A stretch of 64,000 bases of DNA from Spirochaetia bacterium. GTDB lineage: Bacteria; Spirochaetota; Spirochaetia; UBA9216. The stretch is taken from contig OZ223269.1 in assembly GCA_965140585.1 (NCBI GenBank), positions 960,001 through 1,024,000 on the forward strand, in the 5' to 3' direction. Positions within the stretch are counted from its first letter, which is position 1. Each line of letters starts with the position of its first letter. Below are positions 9,140-20,249 of the stretch, one piece after another. Position numbers and translations under genes: made by a program. The notes beneath the pieces are model-generated. The model made no database searches. It worked only from the letters and a program-made list of their open reading frames with translations, and was not told where the DNA came from.

Positions 9140-9966
9140 ATGGAAAATAACTATTTTGGTTTAAAGAAAGCTATTATAATTTTAATTGTTCTTGCCGTTC
9201 TACAATTTGCAGGCGGACTGTTCATTACTGCAATAGCTATGCTGATAAACAAGAATCTGAATATCGCCTTAATTGCAGGTTTTGTAAATATCATAGTGTT
9301 CGGCATCTATTTATATTATCTTGCAAGCAGAGATAAAGCCGATATTTTCAAATTTTACTCAGTTAAACAATTCGAGATAAAATATCTTTTTCCAGGGTTA
9401 CTTTTAATTCTTGGAATCTCCATTTTAGCGTCCGAATTTGATAATATTTTAAGAGCTGTTCTTCCACTTCACGAATTATTTTTACTTGAAGACTTAATAA
9501 GTACCGATGGCAGGTTTTTCAATATCCTGGTTGAAATACTAACCTTATGTATTGTAGCACCCCTTACTGAAGAACTAATTTTTCGCAGGCATATACTTAA
9601 AAAATGAATAGAACTATGTCTTCAAACAAAGCTATATTCTGGTCGGCACTGCTTTTCGGCATTTTTCATCTCAATCCATTGCAGTTTCCGGGTGCTTTTA
9701 TCTACGGCTGTATTTTCGGTTATCTGTTTATACTTACCGGTTCTGTGCTGCCAGGTATCATTCTTCATTCTGCCGTAAATTTTTTACCGGTGCTGCTTAT
9801 TGATATCCTTGGAATCGTAATAGATGGTTATATTCCATCTCCTGAGAAAACACATCAGCCTGTGTGGTTTAACTTACTTGGTCTTATTCTCACATTTACC
9901 AGTATTTTGATCTTTTACATTATAAATAAGAATACTGCTCATAAAGGTGAATTAAAAGATCTTTAA
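9140..9966 (+). pseudogene. CPBP (CAAX/Abi) intramembrane protease split by frameshift
   Basis: APLTEELIFR in 9140..9607; SALLFGIFH and ILHSAVN in 9604..9966. Break at an A-run near 9600. Confidence 0.8.
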
Positions 9967-10600
9967 ACCGGTTGAAGCTAACTTTGCTTTTCAATAGATA
10001 TCATATATCTGAGTATAATTACAGATGCCGCGTAAAGGCTTGACCATAAAATATAACCATAATCAGAATTTATTTCTGATTATCTATTCCCTATCGATGA
10101 GAAAATAAATACTCCAAGATTTCCAAAAGTAAAAACCAGACCGATAGCGGTGCCAGCGTATCGACCTCCAATACATTCAGTTTCAATAACTATTTTTGTT
10201 AAAATAGCAACATATCCATCTATTATTAAACCGAATAATGCGCACAATAACCAGAGGGTCAATCTTTATGATAGAGGAAGTAGTGAAGTACTGATAAAAT
10301 TTAACAGAATCATTAAAGAAAGCATTCTCTTTTTTGATTTGCCCCTCCCTTACATTAGAGTAAAAGGCATTGCAGCTATCACACTGGCTCCATAGATTAA
10401 TGATAACGAACTATCCGCTTGAACTGCTTTCAATCCGTCGGCTCTTAAATACATTGGAATGAATATTGTCCATAATACAGAATTCACAATATAAACAGCT
10501 CCATAAAGTATAATCTCATTCTTCCAGCTGCCGACTATTGGCGATACAAAAGTCATTAAGGCAAGTAATAAAAAATTAGGAGTAAATGCTCTGAAAAGAT
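9963..10600 (-). pseudogene. Degraded MFS transporter
   Basis: Hydrophobic fragments (10350..10556, 10080..10262) with GGRYAGTAIGLVFTFGNLG, interrupted by stops. Confidence 0.6.
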
Positions 10601-10744
10601 CAAAGCCGTCTACTTCATGAAGGCTGCAAAGGAGACAATATCCCAGTCGTAATTATTAGTATGTTTTCTATACATTAGATGCAATGTTAATTTGAGTAAT
10701 GAAATATATCAAATACAAATACTTATTTCATTATTTGAAATTAG

Positions 10745-11580
10745 GTAGTCTTTATTTAAAAGCTGCTCCTTTTCCAGGGGTACTTCCTATAATTATATTT
10801 CCTCCAAGCAGTTTTTAAAATGATTTGGCAATTGCAAGGCCAGGCCTGTTTCCTCTGTAGCTTCTTTCATAACCACTGTCCACCTGAAAGATGGGCTCCA
10901 AAATTTTATCAAAATATTGCTGTTCAATCCTGATTCCGGTATCTGAAACACTAATTATGTACTCTGAATTATCAAAATCAATTTGTAATGTAACCGAACC
11001 TTTTTCCGTAAATTTAACAGCATTTTCTATTAGAGCAAAAATATAATCTTTAATCGCTGTACATCCGTATTTATAATTTGTTTATCTGAATTTAGATTTA
11101 TATCAATATTAAACAATAGCGATTTCTGCTCTGTTGGAAACTAGAAATGATTCTTTAGCTCATCTGACAGACTTATAAGCGACACTATCTCTAAATTTAG
11201 CTCTGATTTTCCCGTTTTAATTTCAGACATATATATTATACTGTCAACAATATCAATCAATTGAGAACTCCTATATTTTACAATATTTCTGAAAATTATT
11301 ATTTTCAGCCTCCGTGGTATCTGTGATAAGCCTTGAATATCCTATTATTCCGTTTAAAGGGTTGCGAATTTCATGACTTATATAAAGCAACAAAAATATA
11401 TGCCAGTTCTGAAAAAAGAAAATACAGCAATGTTGTCAGGATTTTTAGTCTTAAGATGAATTCGCAAGATAGGCATAAGCATATAATCAATGAATCCGAA
11501 TGCTCCATAAAAGATTTAGGGTAATCTGATCCCTGTTCTGAATGTATTGATGTCAACTTTTTCTTTTAAGCATACGGCTC
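10745..11580 (-). pseudogene. Degraded sensor histidine kinase
   Basis: Minus-strand fragments ENAVKFTEKGSVTL (N box), SDTGIRI (G1), GLGLAIAK (G2), GGKIIIGSTPGKGAAF. Many stops and frameshifts. Confidence 0.75.
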
Positions 11581-11712
11581 CAGTAAATACAGCTGAAATA
11601 TTGAATTATTAATTATATGAAATGAAAACTTAAAATGCTATGTAATCGAATACATACCTTTTTGCTTTTCCGCATTTTTTTATTAAGTTTATATAAGTTT
11701 GAGGAGTTTAAT

Positions 11713-12792
11713 ATGACTGATAAAGATAAAATAATTAAAGACAGAGCTGCTGGAGCTGTTTTAGGAGCGTTAATCGGCGATGCTCTTGCACTCGGTCCAC
11801 ACTGGTATTACAATCCTAAAAAGCAAAGAAATGATTACGGTGATTGGATTTCGTATTACACGGATCCCATGCCCGGCCGCTATCATGACGGATTAAAAGC
11901 TGGCGCATTATCACAGGCAGGTTATCTGCTTAATTTAACTCTTAATTCTTTATTAGAAAAAGGAGAGTACAGCCAGGATGATTTCTGCAATAGGATGGAT
12001 AATTATTTCTTTCCGCTAATAGACGGGACTCCTATCAGCGGTCCGGGTAATTATACAAGCCAGTCCATACGTGAAGCCTGGAAAAAAAGAACTTTAAAAA
12101 AATTACCATGGGGAAAAACAGGAGGAAACGCTGATACTACTGAAGCTATAGAAAGAATTATACCTATTGCAGTAAGATATGCACTTGAACCATCAAAAAT
12201 GACCGAGTTTGTATCTGGGAATACTTTGCTGACTCAGACTGATGACATTATAGTTTCAATAACTGTCGCATATGCAGCTATTCTCGGACAGCTTGTTCAG
12301 GGACATCCCCTGGATAGGCATATTTCGGAAAAACTAATGAAACTCGTGCACACTGGTGAGCTTCCTTTTCATTCTGTAACAAATGAAGATCTCGAACCAC
12401 CAAAGGCTGGTGATACTGAAATGCCGAGAGCAGGCAGGTTTGCATCACCTGATGCACTTCTGACACCATCATATATGGCTGAGGCGGCGGTTGATCCTGA
12501 TATTAAGATCGAACCGGCATGGAAAGTGTCGATAGTATATGGAATGCCCTGTGCAATTTATCATCAAATTCCTGCGGTTTATTATCTTTCGGCACGTTTT
12601 CATAATGATTTTGAAGCGGCAGTTTTAAATGCAGTCAACGGAGGAGGTCAGAACCAGGCACGTGCTATACTAACCGGTGCACTTACAGGAGCACAGGTGG
12701 GATTAAGCGGTATTCCACAGAAATTTATAAGCGGACTCGAGAAAGGAGAGGAACTTAAGAAAGCTGCTGAACAGCTTGCAGATGACTTGTAA
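11713..12792 (+). CDS. ADP-ribosylglycohydrolase / crystallin J1 family protein
   Basis: GAVLGALIGDALALGPHWYY and AVNGGGQNQARAILTGALTGA..G..GIP. Start chosen at GAGGAG RBS. Confidence 0.85.
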   Translation: MTDKDKIIKDRAAGAVLGALIGDALALGPHWYYNPKKQRNDYGDWISYYTDPMPGRYHDGLKAGALSQAGYLLNLTLNSLLEKGEYSQDDFCNRMDNYFFPLIDGTPISGPGNYTSQSIREAWKKRTLKKLPWGKTGGNADTTEAIERIIPIAVRYALEPSKMTEFVSGNTLLTQTDDIIVSITVAYAAILGQLVQGHPLDRHISEKLMKLVHTGELPFHSVTNEDLEPPKAGDTEMPRAGRFASPDALLTPSYMAEAAVDPDIKIEPAWKVSIVYGMPCAIYHQIPAVYYLSARFHNDFEAAVLNAVNGGGQNQARAILTGALTGAQVGLSGIPQKFISGLEKGEELKKAAEQLADDL

Positions 12793-12805
12793 CATGATAC
12801 CCGGA

Positions 12806-14050
12806 CTAATCAGTATCTGCATGCGAAATGGAGATACTGAAAATCTGTTCAGATACATTCAAAAAACTATCGACTATATCCGGATCAAACTGCCTGCCAC
12901 GCTGCTCACTTATTAGTTGTACTGCATCTTCATGTTTGAAGGCTTTTTTATAAGGACGTTGAGACACAAGAGCATCATAAACATCAACCAGTGCTGTGAG
13001 TCGTGCTGATAACGGTATTTTTTCACCCTTCAAACCTTCAGGATACCCCAATCCATCCCATCTTTCATGATGATACAAGGCTATCTCTTTACCTAAACTA
13101 TATAAGGATTGCCCTGAGATGTTCTTCTCTATTGCTGAGATAACTGATCCGCCGATCTTAGGATGACTTTTAATAATTTCGTATTCTTCGTTATCAAGTT
13201 TACCTGGTTTCAGTAATATTGAATCCTGAATTCCTACTTTTCCGATATCATGAAGAATAATTGAATTTTTTAAATCCCTTATATACTCCCTTGTTATATA
13301 TCCGTAATATTTACCAGATATTCTGAGATCTTCTGTCAGTAGTTCAATATAATTCTGTAAACGTATAAGATGCTGTCCCGTGTCATTATCTCTGTATTCT
13401 GCGAGTTTTGCGAGTCCGATCATACTTGCGTTTCTTGTTTGAACAATTCTTTTAATTAAATTTTGAAAACCTTTCAAAAATAATGCATTCGAAACAACAA
13501 TACTCATATTCAATAAGATATAATTCAGGCTTTTTACAAGCCAGGCATCAGGCAGTATATTAAATTTAATTTCCCAGTCAAGGTTTCCAGTGACCAGAAG
13601 CAGCCAGACTATAATATTTGTAAAAGTGTATATTGAAAATGAGACTATAGCACCCTTATTACCCAAAAGAAAAGCCGCTAATATAGTTGTTGAAAACATC
13701 CATATTTCACCGGCACCAAGAGGCCCCAGGATCAGGAGAACCACCAATCCCAGAAAATAAAAAATGGCCAGTCCAATTGAGTTTTTGATTTTGTAATTCA
13801 GATTCTTTATTCTTGCAAGTATTAAAAATGAAAGATAAAACAGAGTATCTGCAAAAGCAATTAGATAATAATGTTCCTTTAATGAAAGATATACACTGGG
13901 AATATATGTAAAAAATGCCAGAATTGCAAAAAATTTGAATACAGTATCACAAACTTCCTGACGCCATTCTTTTATTTCACGCCCCATCAGCAGATCATCT
14001 TCTGAGACAAATAATCCAAAAATTCGTCTAATAAAAGTGTTAAAATTCAT
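12806..14050 (-). CDS. Membrane-bound HD-GYP c-di-GMP phosphodiesterase
   Basis: About 6 TM N-terminus; EYRDNDTGQH, HDIGK, HHERWDGLGYP, DVYDAL..RPYK. Confidence 0.92.
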   Translation of the reverse strand: MNFNTFIRRIFGLFVSEDDLLMGREIKEWRQEVCDTVFKFFAILAFFTYIPSVYLSLKEHYYLIAFADTLFYLSFLILARIKNLNYKIKNSIGLAIFYFLGLVVLLILGPLGAGEIWMFSTTILAAFLLGNKGAIVSFSIYTFTNIIVWLLLVTGNLDWEIKFNILPDAWLVKSLNYILLNMSIVVSNALFLKGFQNLIKRIVQTRNASMIGLAKLAEYRDNDTGQHLIRLQNYIELLTEDLRISGKYYGYITREYIRDLKNSIILHDIGKVGIQDSILLKPGKLDNEEYEIIKSHPKIGGSVISAIEKNISGQSLYSLGKEIALYHHERWDGLGYPEGLKGEKIPLSARLTALVDVYDALVSQRPYKKAFKHEDAVQLISEQRGRQFDPDIVDSFLNVSEQIFSISISHADTD

Positions 14051-14145
14051 ATAAATCCTGCATCCATATTAACTTTATGAAAAATTGCCGGTCAATTCAA
14101 ATCTATATACAAATATTAAAAATATTTAATATAATGGAGTCTGTA

Positions 14146-15216
14146 ATGGATATAAAAATCAAAGCTCTTATTATATTTCTAATCGTTCTTACATCCTGTC
14201 ACACGGTTTCAAGACCGCAGACTCCTGAACCGCCTTTCAACTATGAAAATCAATTAGTTTCTGTATATAACGAAGATGATGATATAAATTTAGACGGTAT
14301 TTTGAGCATACCAAATAACAGGAAATCATTTCCTGTAGTAATTTTAGTAAGCGGCTCAGGTCCGCATAACTACGATGCAGAATGGAACTATCACAAACCA
14401 TTTGCGGTCATAGCAGATTTTCTTGCTGAGAACGGGACAGCAGTTCTCAGGCTTAATGATCGGGAATATAATTCAAATCCGGAGTTATTTTACCAGAACA
14501 CAACTGCTGATTTTGCCCGGGATCTCAGCTGTGCAGTAAGATTTTTAAGAAGTTATAAAGAAACCCGCAATTGTGATATCGGATTTTTAGGGCATAGTGA
14601 GGGTGGAATAGTAAGCGCAATGACCGCAGCTGAAGACCCGGATATTTCATTTGTAATCCTGCTTGGAACTCCCGCACTGCCGTTAAAAGATGTGAACCTG
14701 ACTGCTGCCGCTTTATCCTATGAACTTTCAGCTACACCCAATGAGGAGAAAGAGAAGCTTATGAGTTTTCACAGGGCATTTAATGAACTGGTTGAAAATT
14801 ATACCAGCCGGAATGAGTCCAGACTTGAGGTTGAGAAATTATTTGATTCATATTTTAAAGACACTGAACTTTATGACTTAAACACCCGGTATAATCTTTC
14901 CACAAAAATTACTTTACCCTGGTACAGATATATATTTTTAAACAATCCTTCTGATTATCTTGAAAAACTTAAAATTCCCGTACTAGCCATTATTGGACAG
15001 TATGATACTCAGGTTCCACCGGAAGAAAATCTTAAATACACGAAATTGGCCTTAAGCAGGCACTGGAATGATAAAAATTCGATATTAGAGTTTCCTGATT
15101 TAAACCATATGCTTCAGCCAACAAAAGGATATCAGGATTATTCAGGAATTGATAATACAGTTTCAGTAGAGCTTCTTCATGAAATTAACAGATGGATTAG
15201 TTATTTAGATTTATGA
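14146..15216 (+). CDS. Alpha/beta-hydrolase lipoprotein
   Basis: Lipobox LTSC, SGSGP, nucleophile GHSEGG, D-x-Q-V, LNH. Confidence 0.88.
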   Translation: MDIKIKALIIFLIVLTSCHTVSRPQTPEPPFNYENQLVSVYNEDDDINLDGILSIPNNRKSFPVVILVSGSGPHNYDAEWNYHKPFAVIADFLAENGTAVLRLNDREYNSNPELFYQNTTADFARDLSCAVRFLRSYKETRNCDIGFLGHSEGGIVSAMTAAEDPDISFVILLGTPALPLKDVNLTAAALSYELSATPNEEKEKLMSFHRAFNELVENYTSRNESRLEVEKLFDSYFKDTELYDLNTRYNLSTKITLPWYRYIFLNNPSDYLEKLKIPVLAIIGQYDTQVPPEENLKYTKLALSRHWNDKNSILEFPDLNHMLQPTKGYQDYSGIDNTVSVELLHEINRWISYLDL

Positions 15217-15232
15217 AAGAATAATTTATGCG

Positions 15233-15261
15233 TTGACACTATTTTGATTCATCATTAACAT
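15233..15261 (+). promoter_or_regulatory. Sigma70-type promoter of the ABC-F gene
   Basis: TTGACA-17 bp-TAACAT. Confidence 0.65.
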
Positions 15262-15267
15262 TACATT

Positions 15268-15441
15268 ACTTATTTTACAGGAGTACAAAGGGAACATGAG
15301 GCTGTAAGGCAGAAAATCACAAAATACTATCTTAGAACTCTTCTGGTTCATTATTGTGGTTATCTGCGTTGCTTTCCCCGGGCTCTCTGTTTTAACATTT
15401 TTTGTTATAAGATAAGCCCGGTTACACTTCAGGAGGAAGCT
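15268..15441 (+). promoter_or_regulatory. Structured 5' leader with 3-codon uORF (MRL*, 15296-15307); putative ribosome-dependent attenuator
   Basis: Stems 15275-15280/15302-15307, 15309-15322/15354-15367, 15378-15384/15415-15421. GCTTTC at 15371-15376 pairs with GGAAGC overlapping the SD. Confidence 0.55.
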
Positions 15442-16926
15442 GTGACCGGTATAATTATAAATAAACTTACATTCGGATATTCCACTCAACTTTTTAATAA
15501 TCTAAATATTCAGTTTTCAGAAGGATGGACCGCAATAGTCGGCAATAACGGCTGCGGTAAAACAACACTATTGCGTCTTATCAAAGGGGTGCTGACACCA
15601 TGGAGTGGAGATATTTCAACACATGGTTTGGTTTCATACTGTTCACAGAATTCGGAATTTCCACCTGAAAATGCAGAAGATTTTCTATATGCCTATACCG
15701 GTGTTTCAATGCGTCTTAAAGGTATTCTTAATATAGAAGATGACTGGCTGGACAGATGGAACACGCTGAGTTACGGGGAAAGAATGAGATTTCAAATTGC
15801 CAGCGCTTTATTCCAGGAACCGGATATACTTCTTGCTGATGAGCCTACTAATCACCTAGATGAAAATAGTAGAGCTATGATTTTAAATTCTTTAAAGCTT
15901 TTTAAGGGTACCGGGTTATTAGTCAGTCATGACAGGATTCTTTTGGAGCAGCTACCTTTTCAGTGTCTATTCCTTACTCCTTCATCTATTACGATGCGAA
16001 AAGGGAATTATTCTGCAGGGAAAATTGAAGAAGAAAGAGAGTATAAAGAAGCAGTTCGCCTGAAAAATAACCTTGGGAATACTATAAAAAGACTTGAAAG
16101 TGCTGCAGCTAATAAAAAGAGACTGGCAGCAAAAGCTGACTCAGAAAGTTCAAAAAGAAAACTTGATAACAAAGATCACGATGGAAAAGCTAAAATAGAT
16201 CTGGGCCGTCTTACCGGAAAGGACGCGGTGCAGGGAAAGATGTATTCTATTATGCAGACCAGGCTTGAGAATGAAAAGAAAAAGTTCTTTGAGGCTGATG
16301 TAAAAATAAAGAGAGAGTTAAAACTATATAATACATCAGAAGAAGTAAGATCTGATTATATCATCAGGCTTGATCCCGGAATGCTGAATATTGGAAACAG
16401 AAAACTTATACTTCCGGAAATTGAAATATCACCTGGAACTAATATTGGAATTAGAGGTGATAATGGAACCGGGAAATCTAGTTTAATTAAACATCTGAAT
16501 AAAATTAATAAAAATTCCCGGACTTTATATATCCCCCAGGAAATATCGATGGACGAAGCTAATATAATTTCTGAAAGAATAAATAATCTGAACAGAAATG
16601 AAAAAGGAAAAGTTTTTGCGTCACTTGATAGACTGGGCTCAGATCCTCACAGGATTTTAAATACTAATAGACCAAGTCCGGGAGAATTGCGTAAACTATT
16701 GTTGTCAGAAGGATTTCTTTATGCACCATCATTACTGATAATGGATGAGCCTACAAACCATATGGATCTTGATAGTATTGAAAAGATTGAAAGCACTCTC
16801 AGGGAAACAGACTGCGCCATTATACTTGTAAGTCATGATTCTACATTTTTAAATAATGTATCAAATGAGATATGGGAAATTAAATATACAGAGGACAAAA
16901 ATATTTTAGTGCTAATAAAACCCTGA
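15442..16926 (+). CDS. ABC-F family ATPase (two NBDs, no TM)
   Basis: GNNGCGKT/LADEPTNHLD and GDNGTGKS/IMDEPTNHMD with a charged helical linker. AGGAGG RBS, GTG start. Confidence 0.9.
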   Translation: MTGIIINKLTFGYSTQLFNNLNIQFSEGWTAIVGNNGCGKTTLLRLIKGVLTPWSGDISTHGLVSYCSQNSEFPPENAEDFLYAYTGVSMRLKGILNIEDDWLDRWNTLSYGERMRFQIASALFQEPDILLADEPTNHLDENSRAMILNSLKLFKGTGLLVSHDRILLEQLPFQCLFLTPSSITMRKGNYSAGKIEEEREYKEAVRLKNNLGNTIKRLESAAANKKRLAAKADSESSKRKLDNKDHDGKAKIDLGRLTGKDAVQGKMYSIMQTRLENEKKKFFEADVKIKRELKLYNTSEEVRSDYIIRLDPGMLNIGNRKLILPEIEISPGTNIGIRGDNGTGKSSLIKHLNKINKNSRTLYIPQEISMDEANIISERINNLNRNEKGKVFASLDRLGSDPHRILNTNRPSPGELRKLLLSEGFLYAPSLLIMDEPTNHMDLDSIEKIESTLRETDCAIILVSHDSTFLNNVSNEIWEIKYTEDKNILVLIKP

Positions 16927-17042
16927 TTACTTAGATTTGACTTTAACCATTTTATCCAGTAATCTGACAATATTATAAAGACCGGACTTTACAGATACAT
17001 CAGAAGAGTAGGTATGTTTTTCCCTAAAGGGGGCACAAAATA

Positions 17043-17579
17043 ATGAATGATGACTATCTTTTATCAATTCTTAAAAATCGCTTCGAAGTTAATAAAAAGC
17101 GACATCCGAATCTTGAATGGGCTGCTGTTGAAAACAGGCTGACTGAAAACAGTGATTTACTCAAAGTATTAATTAAAATGGAAAAAACCGGCGGTGAACC
17201 TGATGTAATAGGGCAGGAACCCGATACCAGCCGAATAATTTTCTGCGACTGTTCTCCTGAAAGTCCAAAAGACCGGAGAAGTCTTTGTTATGATTCAGAA
17301 GCCCTTGAATCAAGGAAGGAACATAAACCAAAAGGAAATGTTATAGATACAGCTTCAGAAATAGGTATCGAACTTCTTGATGAAGAGCAGTACAGAAACC
17401 TTCAGAAACTCGGACCCTTTGATCACAAAACTTCAAGCTGGATAAAAACACCGGAATCTATCAGAAAACTGGGTGGAGCTTTATTCGCAGATTACAGATA
17501 CGGAACGGTTTTTGTCTATCACAACGGGGCTGACTCCTACTATGGTGCACGCAGATTCAGAGGTATTATCAGGATATAG
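17043..17579 (+). CDS. DUF4256 family protein
   Basis: MEKTGGEPDV, DCSPESPKDRRSLCYD, TSSWIKTP..IRKLGGALF, YHNGADSYY. Confidence 0.85.
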   Translation: MNDDYLLSILKNRFEVNKKRHPNLEWAAVENRLTENSDLLKVLIKMEKTGGEPDVIGQEPDTSRIIFCDCSPESPKDRRSLCYDSEALESRKEHKPKGNVIDTASEIGIELLDEEQYRNLQKLGPFDHKTSSWIKTPESIRKLGGALFADYRYGTVFVYHNGADSYYGARRFRGIIRI

Positions 17580-17706
17580 GCCGCATTCTTAATATTAGTA
17601 AAAAAATAATATTTCCTCCTTTTTACATGATAATTTTTTCAAATAGAGTTATCTTCTTATACGGATACAAAAGTTCATATTTGTTTATTTATATAGGAGA
17701 AATACT

Positions 17707-18354
17707 ATGAGTAACTTGAGACAACTGCTGATTTTTTCAGTATTATCTGCCTCATTCATTATCGCTTCATGCGATCCATTCTCATCCCTGGAGCTGGCAT
17801 GGGATAAAACTAACCCGTCTGCTTCCGAGGCGCCGGACTTATCAAGTAAAATTTCATTCATCAGTGGTGAGCTAAACAGTACAAGTATTAATTCAACAGA
17901 TAGATCTTTTACAGTTTCTGCTGATACCTATTTTATGGGGACAATTACGGTTGAAACCCTAAATGGATTCGAGAGTTCTGCCAACGTACCTCTTGGTGCA
18001 ACTAATACATGGGATGATAATGCTTCTGCATTTTGGCTTGAGCAGCTGAATATTGAAACTGGTACAAACACGTACTCTATTGATATACATGAAACAGCAC
18101 CATCAACTCCCGGTACATATTATCTTATTATTGCATTTAACGAAGCTGAGAGTATAGAAGAAGTATTCTCATGTACTGATGTATCTGTACCTACAGCACC
18201 GGTATGGAATGACGGGAATGATGTTGCTGATTATGATTCTATACAATTAGCCGATGCTACCTCATATGGAGCAGCTGAAACAGAATATTTATATTCTGAT
18301 GGTTTTTCAAGCATCTGGCTTCCATCATTAGTGATTGAAGTAATAGTGGAATAA
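17707..18354 (+). CDS. Acidic Ser/Thr-rich lipoprotein
   Basis: Lipobox IASC; AGGAG RBS. Confidence 0.75.
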   Translation: MSNLRQLLIFSVLSASFIIASCDPFSSLELAWDKTNPSASEAPDLSSKISFISGELNSTSINSTDRSFTVSADTYFMGTITVETLNGFESSANVPLGATNTWDDNASAFWLEQLNIETGTNTYSIDIHETAPSTPGTYYLIIAFNEAESIEEVFSCTDVSVPTAPVWNDGNDVADYDSIQLADATSYGAAETEYLYSDGFSSIWLPSLVIEVIVE

Positions 18355-18367
18355 ATTCTTAACAAAT

Positions 18368-18399
18368 AAAAAAAGACCTGCATACGCAGGTCTTTTTTT
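18368..18399. terminator. Bidirectional rho-independent terminator
   Basis: A7-GACCTGC-ATAC-GCAGGTC-T7 between convergent genes. Confidence 0.9.
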
Positions 18400-18406
18400 A
18401 TTTATT

Positions 18407-19533
18407 TTATTTTTTCTTTTTAGTTATCAGCATTATTACAGCATAAACAATACCGGCAGCAATGATGGTATCAAGTGCTACTATGCTGGTAAATTTTGCT
18501 GGTGTATACTGAATGATGAATCCGAAAATTGAGCCGACTGCCCATGCTACAAGAGGAATAATTCTGATACTCGCTGATTCTTCTATCTTATCCGAATCAA
18601 AGAAGCAGTTTTCTTCACTCTTAAAGAAATAATAATCAAGTATCATTACTGAAGCTGCAGGCGGAATTAAAATCGCTATTATTCCAAGAAATGCCTGAAA
18701 ACCTCCTGCGGTATTTATACCCAGAAGCGCAAGTACAGTTCCAACAACACCCGATACAACAGTGATCACCCATTTATTGAGTTTTGGAAACATGGCATTC
18801 AGTAATAATGCACCAGAATAAAGATTGTTAGCAAGCATTACCTTTGAAAAATCAATTTCTCCGCCTGCACCGACAGTATAGGTACTGATAACTATTGAAA
18901 TTGCCATACCAAGCGGCATAGCGGCGTCTGAACTCTGCACTGCAACTTCAGCAAGAGTTTTATCTCCTGAAAAGACGCTTGCAATGTTAGCAATTATTAT
19001 GATTATAAGACTCGGTATCGCAACAATACTAAGTTTTTCTATCGTTTTAAATCCGAACATTGCGGTAAGCGTTATGAGAATACCGCCGACTACTTTGAGT
19101 ATCCATACCGGTACTGCACCTCAGAAAACGAAGGATAATCCGCCGTCTCCAAGTTCTGCTACCATAAAACCAAGCTGTACGCCGAACCAGCCCCAAAGCC
19201 CGAGGAAAAGAAGTATCTGCAGAATATTGGCTCCGTATTTACCGAATGTAAATCTTGCTGACATACCTGTTGATAATCTGGTTTGTGCGCCAAGTATACC
19301 AACTAAAATAGAAATGGCTCCAAGAACAATTGCACCGACAGCAAAAGCAGCTATTGCTGTCCTGAGTTTTGCAGGTCCTGCTATCAGACCTGCTATAAGA
19401 AATGCGGGGAGACATATAGCCGATCCCCAGTAAACGATTCCGATCTCAAACCAGTTTTTTCCTTTACCTTCCGGAACTGGTTTTGAACCGTAATCCTCTA
19501 ATACACTCTTTTTTTCTTCAATTGTGTTTTCTA
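18407..19533 (-). pseudogene. NCS1 cytosine/purine permease (CodB-like), disrupted
   Basis: EDYGSKPVPE..NWFEIG, GWFGVQL, NNLYSG. In-frame TGA at 19121-19123, no clear start codon, apparent internal deletions. Confidence 0.8.
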
Positions 19534-19549
19534 CCCCTGTATAAATAAT

Positions 19550-19790
19550 TTAAATGGATTCACTTTTTTCAACCAGATGAAGAGTAATATCCTTAACCGC
19601 TTCATCCAATAAATTTTTAAATTCTCCGGCATCTGACATCACTGAAAATTTCTGTTCATCAATTTTTGATTGCAGAGCATTAAGGAAATCAACTTCGCCG
19701 GAACCGGTCTCAGCCATAATTCCGCAAAGTCTGGATGCTCCGTCGATCAGCCTGAACGGACCGTAACCTGACGGCTCATCAAGGAATGTT
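19550..19790 (-). pseudogene. DUF6092-like protein, N-terminus apparently deleted
   Basis: LDEPSGYGPFRLIDGASRL motif; abuts/overlaps the nitroreductase end with no RBS or ATG. Confidence 0.55.
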
Positions 19791-20240
19791 CCAGTGAATA
19801 ACAACTTCTTTTCGTTTAGGATTACCGGGGTTTCCTTCAAAATATCCCTGGGTGATAAGAAGTTCAGGCATGATATTTTCGGGAGCCTTGAGGATCATTC
19901 TCACAGCATCCCTGTTGAAAGAGCGGATTACACAGCTTCCAAGTTCAAGATCATAAGCTTTAAGCATTATATTCTGAGCAGCCATTGAACAGTCCATTAT
20001 GGCCTCTGAACATACAGCAATACAGGCGGAAGGATTGCCGAGAAGACCGGGGGAAACAGTTTTTATCAGTTTTAATGCTACCGGCGAGTTTATGATAATA
20101 AACTCCCATGGCTGTGCATTACCTCCGGTTGGAGCCCATATCCCGGCTTTAACCAAGTCTGTAAGTTTTTCGGGTGTTACTTCTTTGTCAGTGAATCTTC
20201 TCACACTTCGCCTTTCAAGAATTGCTTCATCGATGTTCAT
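19779..20240 (-). CDS. Nitroreductase family protein (possibly internally deleted)
   Basis: RRSVRRF, WAPTGGNAQPWEF, AAQNIMLKAYDLELGSC. Confidence 0.8.
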   Translation of the reverse strand: MNIDEAILERRSVRRFTDKEVTPEKLTDLVKAGIWAPTGGNAQPWEFIIINSPVALKLIKTVSPGLLGNPSACIAVCSEAIMDCSMAAQNIMLKAYDLELGSCVIRSFNRDAVRMILKAPENIMPELLITQGYFEGNPGNPKRKEVVIHWNIP

Positions 20241-20249
20241 ATATTTTCC

